A stretch of DNA of 64,000 nucleotides, from contig OZ176054.1 of assembly GCA_964247055.1 (NCBI GenBank), forward strand, positions 10,044,001 through 10,108,000, read 5' to 3'. This document shows, piece by piece, positions 53,690 to 64,000 of this stretch. Both the position numbers and the translations under genes were made by a program. The stretch comes from Paragordius varius. Lineage: Eukaryota > Animalia > Nematomorpha. Positions within the stretch are counted from its first letter, which is position 1; each line of letters begins with the position of its first letter. The notes under the pieces were generated by a model that was not told the DNA's origin, did not search any database, and was given only the letters and a program-made list of their open reading frames with translations.

Positions 53690-56600
53690 CGGCAGTTAAT
53701 ATTGGACACAAAGAGGACAAACGCGCGAAGCGAGAGCATTTTTTTAATTCTTATATTTTTAAAACTAATGGATGAAAATAGCTACTTTGTTTAGATGGTG
53801 ATGAACGTCCAAAAAAGACACAAGAAAGTTTTTTTTGATTAAAACATTTTTTGTTGCTTTTATGTCACTCAAAACAGCCATTTTTATTTTTGTTTTTTAA
53901 AAATTACCATCTCATCAATATTAATATATTTTCTTTAGGAAGCTGATAATTTAGAACAGTGGTACTCACCAAAAAAATTTGACGGGCCAAATAAAACATA
54001 ATTTTTTTTCTAGGGCCATGAACCTTATAATGGCAAATGTTCCATAGTTATTTGACACATATGCACATATTCATACTCTAAATCAACACTTTTTTTGCGG
54101 ATCGCATGTAAATCCAGCTTAAAATTCGTTTTGCACCATTTAGTTTGAAACTAAAATATTTTGACAACATTTATTTTGATATTAACCAATAATTTTTGAC
54201 AAATTTGGTTTCGCCTCATGACAGGCCAATCTTAATACGTCGTCCATATAATCATCGTTTAAGCGATTTCTGTACGTATTCTTGGCATACTTCATTTTGA
54301 ATATGCCGTCTTACACGTGTAAGTTGAGGGAAAAACAGTTACGATCAATTGAGCACTTTTTTTATATTTTCATATTTATTTGGCACATCTTGCCGAAACT
54401 CTACATATCTTTCTTCTTTACGATTCTCCTTGGATATAGCCAATATGGAATTTTTAAAATCTACGAATTCTAATGATATGCGCCTGATCGAAACCAAAAT
54501 GCTCAAGTTGCTTAATATTGGATATATTCATATGTCATGGTTCAACGAGTTTTTGCATTTTTTAATATTTAATTTTGAAATCTGAAATTATCTCATTAGA
54601 TAAAAATGTTAAACGATTGTTTGTTATAAAATTAATCTCCACGGTAAATTCCATATTTTCTTCAAGAATATTTCTAAGTGTTGGAAAATATAGGAGTGTT
54701 TTATATAAAATCTTGTTTATATATTATTAATTTTTTCAAAAGCAAATATTTGATTAGCAAATTGGGTGTTATTTAGCTCCCTTGAAGACTTATATTAAAA
54801 ATACTAAGTTTATAAGTAATGTCAGTAGGCTAAGAAAACCCACCGTTTGTCACTATTAATTTTCTCCTCAAACTTTCTGTTTCTTTTATAAATATAGAAT
54901 TTCATATCTTGAAACAAAAAATTTATTTAATACTTTGATAAGGCTTAGACATCTCACAGTGGAGTACAAAAGAATATCATTAAACTAACTGTGGATATCT
55001 TTCAGAAGGTTTTTAATTTAAAGCGGTTGTCTCCACGGATGTGGTTAACTATATCCACAACCGTTTTAATTATTGAATTGAGTGATTCATTTTTTATATG
55101 AGAAACCAAGTTTTGCTGATGAATAAAGCAGAAAAGATAAAAAATTTTGCATATTATATTTGTTTTCAAAGAGAACAAATCCTTTTTAATTCCAATTATA
55201 GAGGGACAGCCATTTGTGCAGATCAAAACCAATTTTTTCACAGTAACATTATTATCGAAAAAAGTGCTAATTATTTCGAGAAAATCATCTCCTTTCGTGG
55301 TTTTATTTATTGGTAAAAATTTTGAATATCTTCGTTTATGTTGTCGTTGCAAAATCTCACGAAGAGCGCACATTAATATCAGTGCTGGAATCAATAGCAA
55401 TACTAAAATATTTGCAGTTTTTCACAGCCAATAATGTATTGTTAAAAATATATTTAATATGTTCAATGCGTTGAGCACATGTTGAATCAGAAAGTTGAAG
55501 TTTTATAATTTGCCTCATGATTTGATCTTTATTATGGAATTTATAAGATAAAAAAGTGCAACCATTTATTAGACTTCCTTTTATTAGTTCGGAATCAATA
55601 AACAGTTTCATATTTTATCTTAATACATAGCAAATTTTATTAGAAGCTAATGTTACGCTTTTTCCTGGAAGAAAGCTAGAGACATAAATGATCTTTTTGG
55701 TATAATTCCATAATCTTTATATATTCGTTTCTTTCCTCATGAATTTTCGGTCTATAAGCATGATGGATTGTAAAATGTCTTTTAATTTTGTATTTTTTTA
55801 TAATTATGTTGTCCTTACATATAAGGCAGGTAACAACATTTTTATTCAAAACGACTAAAAAATATACCCATTCTTTTTCAAAGGAGCGATTATCATCGGA
55901 TAATTTACGTTTTTTAGCATAAGATGTCATCATTTGAATTTATGTTTAAATATTATGTAAATTTTTTCAAAAAATAGGAATATAATTTGAATTATGCCAT
56001 AAAAAACAGGTCGAAATTTAATTATGTTGATTTTATTTTATGGGAATGAGTTATAAAAAAATATGCAGGATAGCAATGAAAAGAATATGTATATGCAAGT
56101 TTGGGTGAAAAGCTTGCTTAAATACAAAAAAGGAATGCAATAAAAAATTCAAAATACAAAAGAAAGCATAGAATACAGAAACAACGTCTGCCAAAATTTT
56201 GAAATCATTTTAATATAGGGAAATCTTTCATATTAGAAAAATAAAAATTATCAAATCAAATCTAAAGAAAATAAATTCTTAAAATGAGCGAAAATTCGTT
56301 TGTGAAAAATTCATCAATAAAAAATTTGAATAACAATATGGTCATAGGGCCATTTTAAAGCACCCTTAGGGCCGCGGTTTGAGTACCACTGATTTAGAAA
56401 TTTAGAGAAAAACAAAGTTTAAAGTATTTATTTTTTTAGCCATTATGTAATAAATTTCCATTTATAACTATGCAATTTAGTATCCACTAGGTAAAATATT
56501 GATAATAATAATTTTTATTAAAAAAGCTAACCAAAAGCTTTTTCAAACTTTTTTTTAAATTAAATACTATTATAACCCTAATAATTATATTAAAATAATT

Positions 56601-56960
56601 TATATGATTTTCATATTAATTTGTCTATAAAAATTCGTGACTTATTTAAGGATTGAAAATTTCGACCATTTAAATCCAAATAACTTTTACATCCGATTGA
56701 TTTAAATGACTTACTACCATTTAAAAGATGTAGTTTTTTGCGCTCTTTCGAATGATATAAAATACGTGGCTTATCTAAAACTTTTAATTTTCGAAATTTC
56801 GAGTTTAATGTTATATTGGGGCCAAAAATTATCGATAAACTCTGATATAAAACAATTCTTGCATGCTAGACCAATTTTCTTTTCAGATATACTAATTAAG
56901 TACTTTAATAAAATAAATTTTAAATTTACAAGAATGGCAGTTAAAAAAAGTTAAAATTTG
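53690..56960 (+). repeat. Dispersed AT-rich repeat, copy 2, interrupted by the Buster element
   Basis: Sequence on both sides of the hAT insertion continues the homology to 49590-50470. Confidence 0.65.
53957..56391 (-). mobile_element. Buster/SPIN-type hAT transposon, longer copy, transposase pseudogene
   Basis: TIRs CAGTGGTACTCA and TGAGTACCACTG with a perfect TSD ATTTAGAA. Fragments include MTSYAKKRKLSDDNRSFEKEW, YFSIAIDSSTDI, CFIHQQNL and STYTC. Confidence 0.92.
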
Positions 56961-56972
56961 TTGTCTAGTCTA

Positions 56973-58143
56973 ATGAATCATATATAATTCGAGAGCTAAA
57001 AGATTCAGAATGATGAATATCAATATATATGCGGTTAAAATACTAGAAAAAAATATTATTTAAATTTTTCTGCCATTAAATCAAAAATCGCATTTTTATA
57101 TTAGGTAAAATAAAATTAATTAGTAGATGAAAACGTGTCAAATTTTATTTTTAATATAACATACGGATAATTCTAATTATAAAATATTATCAATAAAAAT
57201 ATTAAATTTTATCGGAAGGTCCCAGAAAAATGTTCAAGAATATTAGCATAAAATCGCAGTTTGTCATCAAATTTGAATCATAAAAACTCATTAATATCAG
57301 AGATTTTAATTTTTTATAAAATAATTAATTCTATATATAAAAATTACCCAATATATCGCCTTCATAAAAATCTAAGCCTTATATGCAAAAGAATTTTTGA
57401 TAATTTGCACCTTAGCGGAAGTTGCGTATAATTTCAAACATCCAATATATATATTATATATACTTTTTCCAAACAATTAGATGCAGAAAAAAAGATCTAT
57501 CGTTCAATTTTTGAATGTGGGGAATTTATATGCCCTAAAGCCGGTATAAAAGCCAAAATGGCGCCAAAAATATTTGATTAAGATTTTTGCATAAAATATC
57601 TTTAAAATAAAAATCTGAGATAGGTCTTTGGCATCGAATTGTATGGAGTATTTAAAATATATATTGAATGTTTTATAAAAATTACACGCAGTTTTGCTTT
57701 GGTGAAAATCATCATAATATTTTCATAAAGGCTTAATTTTTTATAAAGGCTATATATTTTGTAAATTCGATATATATAGTTAATAATCATTGTATTAATA
57801 ATTAATATCCTTTAGAGCATATTTATGATTTAAATTTGATGACAAGGGCGATTTGTTAGTTATTATTCTAGAAAATCTTTCTGTGACCCTCGGAAATGTA
57901 AAATCTTTGTTGATAATATTTTATGTTTAGAATTATCCTTATGCTATTATAAATAAAATTTAGTTGACGCGTTTTCATCTATTATACCTAATTTTATTAG
58001 ACCTCTTGGCAAAAATGCGATTTTTTGATTTTGGCTAATAGGAGAAAAATAAAATCTCTTTTTTTTCTAGTATTTTAACCGCATATATTAGGTCGATATT
58101 GATTATACTGAAGATTTCAGCTATCGAATGATATATGATTCAT
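56973..58143. mobile_element. ~1.17-kb element with ~180-bp imperfect TIRs
   Basis: atgaatcatatataattcga and tcgaatgatatatgattcat match at 19/20. Inverted matches continue inward (gcggttaaaatactagaaaa; gatgaaaacgtgtcaa). Confidence 0.75.
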
Positions 58144-58256
58144 CAGTTTTATTTTTTGATCCCCATTTTTTCTGTAATAGTAATAGTGTTTTGATGTAAC
58201 CTATTTTCCATATAATATCTATTATTATTCCATTTATCACCATCTGTTATTACAGA

Positions 58257-60545
58257 ATGTTCCTTGGACTTATGAATAATATCATATGGCTACTTTATCC
58301 CATCTTAATCTTTTCAGTAGTTATGTCTTATCACAACATTAATAAAAATAATAAATTACAGTAAAAATTGATATCAAACACTTAAAAATTAAGAGACAAA
58401 TATTTTTTATAAAAAGACAACCGTATGTTTACCATGTTTTAAGATACTATTTATCGTTTGGAATTTAAAATTAGGAAGATATGTAAATTGGTACCGCAAT
58501 TTTGGATATTTTACATAAGTAGAAAATATAAAGTTTGACAAAGTATGGCTGTATCTTAAAAAAGTGTGTGTCAGGCGCCAGTCAAAACAGATTAATAACA
58601 AAAATCTTATTTTATCTAATTCCTTTACATTTTCATATTACCTATATATAGCTATCAGATACGGAATTACAGCATATTTGTTCAAGGATGGGAAGGGCTT
58701 TACATCTATGATTAATAAAACTTACCCTAATATAGAAAGTAATACATTATAACAATACTATCTTTTATATTCTATCATACTCCTTTTTATCATTATTTTT
58801 CTATTTTTAATTAATGGTATATGACATACCATTTTTCAGTCAAAAGGAATATTTACAAAACGATAATTTTAAAACACACGCATCATTTTTCATGCAAAGA
58901 CTACATTTTTTCATCCAAATGCAACATTTTCCAAGCAAAGCAACCGGAAAAATGTTGTGCTTGCTTGAAAAAGTGTTAAATTTGAAAAAATGTTGCGTTT
59001 GTTTTAAAAAGCGTTGTACTGAATATTAGTATAACTATTTTACAAATAAATTAAAAATTCTTTATTTAAATTTTTTAATCCCCTTTAACTTGCCCAATTG
59101 GAATTATGCGCTAAATGATTTATATTAAGATTTTACCGTGAACATAGGTTAAATTTATTTAATAATTAACCTTTTTTCTTTTTAAATTGACTTTTCCCTA
59201 TCGTTTTTCTGTTAATAAATATCATAGATATCGAACAAAATGCCAGGAACGTACGATCGATATGCAAAGCATTCTTAATTAAAGGTATAGATAAAATACA
59301 TTATTATATATATCTCCTTAAACTTAAATATATTACAAATGTATAGAAAATTTGACGGCTCCTTTGATATCTTATCAAGTAAAACGGAGAAATATTGGGA
59401 CAAATTACGTGTTAAGAATATATGATCCAAGTATATGATTAATTATTAACTTTTGTTTATATAATGTCTTTAAATCAGAATTGTTTAATACAATTGTTTC
59501 ATGGGCCAATCAAGGAATTTGTCTTCTTATCTTGTTTGATGATTAATATAGAAAAATAAATTATATTTTTTAAACTATTTTAATTTTGAATACCAGGGCT
59601 TCGAACCGGTTTGAAAACCGGAACCGGTCTGGCTCCTAAGAATTTAAGAATGGACCTGGGGGTGGTAGTTTCTGAAATTTTGGTACCAAAACTTAGTGGT
59701 TCCTGAGCAGGTCAAACCGAAATCGGGTGGCTCCCTAAAAATGTAACGGTTTCATTTTAAAATGATGTAATGGCCAAATGTATAAGTACAAAAATAAATA
59801 ATAAATGTATTTGCATAAAACTCTCACATCTATGGAAGAACAGTTTACTTTAAAAATGAATGAACCAACAATTTTATCAGACTAGTTCTCAGATTTAAAA
59901 AATACAGCGTGAAAATCTAAATTTTAGCCGTTATATGTAATATCACATAATAAAATTTTAATATTTTAAACTCTAGCCAAAAATCTAGGGACCTGATGCG
60001 GCTTATGGGTTGCAGTTTGATTACACTGATATATAGTGTGGCTCATTCTTTTCTAATAAATAATAAAACGATAAGAAAACCACCTATTTTGGAAGTGGAA
60101 CTGAACTGGTTCATGGACGGTTGGAACGGAAACTGGACTGGTTTCTGAGAATAGAATCAAAACGGGGTGCTGGAATTCTGGAACTGGGGCGGTTCTTGAA
60201 TAAGTGGAACCCAAATGGGATTGGTTCCATTCCAGCGAAACCGGTTCCTGCTGAAATATCAGGAACTACGATCCGGTTTAGGTGTAAAGCCCTGATTTTT
60301 GCCATTCAACAAATGTTAAATTTTCCTTTTCAGTTTCAAATTTCCTTTTGTAAAAATTATATAGAATATCAAAAAATTAACAAAATCCATGCAGGAATCG
60401 TAATTACCTCTCTATATCCCAACAATACAGTATATATGGTGGGAACTAAAACAAGGAACAATCCAAATTCCTTTTATCGATTGGATTTGAAGCCAAAAGA
60501 GAATCGACGCACCAAAAGAGGTGTTAATCTAAATAAAACAATATT
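58257..60545 (+). CDS. Candidate partial gene for a secreted proprotein (ADAM/ADAMTS-prodomain-like)
   Basis: A signal-peptide exon 58257-58360 (MFLGLMNNIIWLLYPILIFSVVMS), exon 58652-58738 and exon 60395-60520/60545. The last two are phase-compatible and end in the furin-like site RRTKR. The link between the first and second exons was not resolved. Confidence 0.3.
59594..60294. mobile_element. hAT-like MITE with GGAACC/GGTTCC subterminal repeats
   Basis: Short TIRs cagggct and agccctg, GC-rich motif clusters at both ends and an AT-rich core. No TSD seen. Confidence 0.6.
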
Positions 60546-61243
60546 GTAATGAAAATGAAACATTATATATTTTTTATTCTCTGATTTTAGCTGATATAAC
60601 AGGTAAAAATATTTTTTTAAGGGCTCACAATATTTTTGATTTTTAATATATATTTTGGTACATATCTTTATTAAATTGGTCTTTAATGACGCAGCCAAAA
60701 TTGGGATGTACATAATATAAAGAATTTTGAAACTATTAAATTATTCGCCAAAAGGTGTTACATTTTAATATAATTGATTGTTAAACCATGGAAATCTACC
60801 ATTAATAACAATCTTATTATCGTATTATATAGCAGGGATAAATTCGCTAGCCGCATCAATATTTAATCTCATTTTTCAGTTAGAATAAAATCAAAAAATA
60901 AATTATTATTAAAATTTTTATAAATCGAGAGTTTTTTTGTTGACATTGGCCACAAAAATCATCATAGGATGTTGAGCAGCCTTTTTTATACCATATATCA
61001 GTTATTAATTAAGAGACTTTTTTTGAATATAGACTCTAATTATCATTATTATCTAATAAAAAGTGACCGTTCAATTAATACAGACATGCATTTCCACAAG
61101 CAAAAGGGGGGTTTAAAAATTTTGATGATTTACAGTATGAGTAAGTATAAATTGCTAGAGAGTTATTAATTATTGCCAAATAGCATATACAACAAAGGGA
61201 AATATTATTGCATGTAGTTATATATATATATATATTATATATA

Positions 61244-62058
61244 TACTGTGGAAAAAATTTTTTTGCATGAGATAGCTTACATTGAATTCATTTGCCTTAA
61301 ATAATTTTATTTGTTGACGACTAAGTGTTAATTGAGAGAAAATCGAAAATGGTTCAAAAGTTTAAGGGTCAATAAGAATAAATTAAAAAATTTAAAATCT
61401 GAATCGCGATATTTTAAAGACAAATTATGATACTATTTATATATTTTTTAATTATTTACTATCCCAACTCATTGTTAAAATCCTAATATTAATATTTTAT
61501 TCAGTAAAAAAACTTTAATATCAAAATAACACTAAAAAAAATAGTTTTTTTTCATGTTTTGGTTTATGAGTGTTTAAAAAATTTATACTGTTTTATTTTG
61601 GAATCTTGAGCGGGAATGACAAAGTATATAAATTAATACAAAAAAGGATTTACAAATAATGGATTATCAACCGAAAATCCGTAAAATCAAAATAAAAGTA
61701 TCAACTAACTTATTACTTGAGTTTGTAGAAATTTTAGGTTGATATTCCCCATTACTTGTAAACCTTTTTTCCACTCATAAAAAATTCCAAATATAACAGT
61801 AAATTTTTTATACACTCAAAAAAAAAACATTATTTAATTAATTTTATTTTGATGTTAGTTTTACTATATAAAATATTGTTAAGATACTAATAGTTCGGCT
61901 TAATAGTTATAAAAATTATTTTAACATTTTTTTTGTCATTTAAGTATGTTAAAGGAAAATCACGATTTATTAGAAAATTGCGGCAAATCGATGGTCATAA
62001 GCTATCACATGAAAAAATTATTCTATTAAAAAAATGACCCTCTTTTTTTGCAAGTGTA
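61244..62058. mobile_element. TACTGTGG-ended element embedded in (TA)n
   Basis: The left end matches 49990-50136 inverted. A degenerate right TIR is agctatcacatgaaaaaatt...gcaagtgta. Confidence 0.6.
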
Positions 62059-64000
62059 TATCTATATTCTGATAGAATGTATTTGAATCTGATAGTACTT
62101 TTGGTTTCCTTTACTACTGATAGAAAGATATTACCTTTTTGTGTTGTAATGATTCGATAAAACTTTTTTTGTCCATCAAATCGTATTGGAAAGATATTTA
62201 TATGATTAATATGTGTTTTGTAAAATCATAGGCTTGTTTTGGTGCATGCTAAAATTTTTTCTATATAAACCTTAATAATTTTTTGAACGCGAGATATTGG
62301 ATATATATATATATATATATAAATAAATGATAGCCAAATTAAATTTTTTACCGCTCATAAGTGGATCGGATTTGCCACCAAAATGCAATTTTTAGTAAGT
62401 CATCAAGGATTCCCTGAAAGTTTTAATCCTAATTGAAAAAGGTTTTGCGTCTATGGTATATATTTCTAAAACAATTTCGGTGACGCGTTTTCTCCGCTGT
62501 ATTTAATTTCATTCGACCTAACATGCTACAAGAATGCGATTTTAAGATTTTGGCTATAAAGATTAAAATAACTTTTTTTCAGATAGTCAACTGAATTTAT
62601 TTTTGATATTCATTATCCTGAAGCCATAGATATAAATATATGATTCAAAAACATAACGTTTGGCTGCTCATCTTAAAAAAGACTTTCTTAAATTCGATGA
62701 TGCTGAACATAATAGTCATCAATTTAATAATTTATTTGATTATGATATCAAATTCATTAACTATATAATTTATACATAAATTACTTTTGTAAACAAAGTA
62801 ATCTAATTAAACTAAAAAGATAGATTGGAGCATCAAATAAAAAAAATGTTATATAATATTTTAAATACAGATTGCATGATGCTTTAGACTACCATACTTT
62901 ACAAAATTTTTCTATTTAACTTTTTTTGTTAAAAATGTTTTTCAAAAAAACTTTTGGAATTTAGCATGAATTAGGAATTTATGTACTGCAATATCAGCAT
63001 TTTGGTTTAGTTTAAAAACACACCTCCCATTTTAGGAGTATCCAAAAGTTCAAAACTGTCAGATCCCCGATCCAAAATTTAATTTTATATTTCTAATTTT
63101 GCCTTTAATTTAGCATAGATATATTTTGGCGTTATTTTATGCAATAAAACGTTTATTTACCAAAAAATTTATTTATTAAAATGTGGGCAATTTTTCCCTG
63201 ATATCCAGCTGTTATTACAAGAGTGGCAATGATTTTCATATATCGCTTGTGACATAAAAATTAGGAGCACATTAGAATAATACATTTTTTACCATAAAAT
63301 AATGTGACCAGATATTTTGAACTTTGACGCAGTACAAAATTAAAACATATTTTGCCTGTTTTTACGCCATCGGTGTGGTATATTACACAAGTTTCCACAA
63401 AAAAATATCCAGATGAAATATATATATATTTGATAGAAAAAATTGAGGATTATCATGGCGCTTTTGAAATTTTTAGATGTGGACTCTGAAAGTCCCAAAT
63501 TTTTTACCCCTTTTATAATGGACTGTTCTAAAACAAACGCAAAAATTTTGATATTGTGCAATAATTTTAAATATATGCTAAATTTTGATTTTTTAAAAAA
63601 TGGACACTTTCAAAAAATTATTTTTTAGCGAAATTTTGTTGAAGCCCAAGCCTAATTCGTATTATTTTGGGCATGATGGAAAAAACGGTTGATGTTATAA
63701 CATTTTATATATATATAATTCGATTATGCTAATTATTAATCAAAATTTTGATGAAAATATTCGGTCGTTTTCAAATGTATGTTAAATAGGAAATGTCTTT
63801 TTTAACAAAAACTCACCAAAATTTGCAATCAAACTTTAAATAAAAATTCCGAACCTATATTGTTCAACATTCTCGAATTAAAGGTATTATTATATCTTAG
63901 AGCGTTATACGGTTCGTATTATGCTTCAAAATAGTTTGAAGACGCTTCAACAAAATATCTCAAATTTTATGCAAAAAAATAGAAAAACTAATAAAAATTA

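Noticed and set aside
60121-60549. 142-aa ORF as a single gene
   Set aside because: Chimeric: the first third is MITE sequence and the middle is AT-rich intron-like DNA. Only 60395 onward looks exonic.
63330-63630. Moderately complex + strand frames (HILPVFTPSVWY...EIFRCGL*; KLRIIMALLKFLDV...)
   Set aside because: No consistent splice structure or recognisable motif. It could be an exon or a TE relic and cannot be supported.

Overview
AT-rich eukaryotic (animal-like) genomic DNA, not prokaryotic. I found no rRNA, tRNA or CRISPR. Four genes could be reconstructed by hand. These are a single-exon divergent class A GPCR (503-2008, -), proteasome alpha-5 PSMA5 (6 exons, 241 aa, -), a head-to-head cathepsin L (6 exons, 417 aa, +) and ARID1/Osa (10 coding exons, about 1789 aa, -). 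PSMA5 and ARID1 each need one 25-28 nt micro-intron to keep the conserved frame. The rest is mostly nested transposon debris: two Buster-type hAT copies with perfect 8-bp TSDs, two Blackjack-type hAT copies, four non-autonomous Helitrons, a Ty3/Gypsy pol remnant with a fold-back, mariner and LINE (RTE) relics, and many MITEs. The most striking structures are a ~2.5-kb palindrome with an RTE fragment at its exact apex and a small hairpin element present as flip and flop isomers. Scattered candidate exons at 50-61 kb may belong to secreted (ADAM/ADAMTS-like) protein genes that the ORF track misses; these are low confidence. All alignments were done by eye with no database searches, so repeat boundaries may be off by a few bases.
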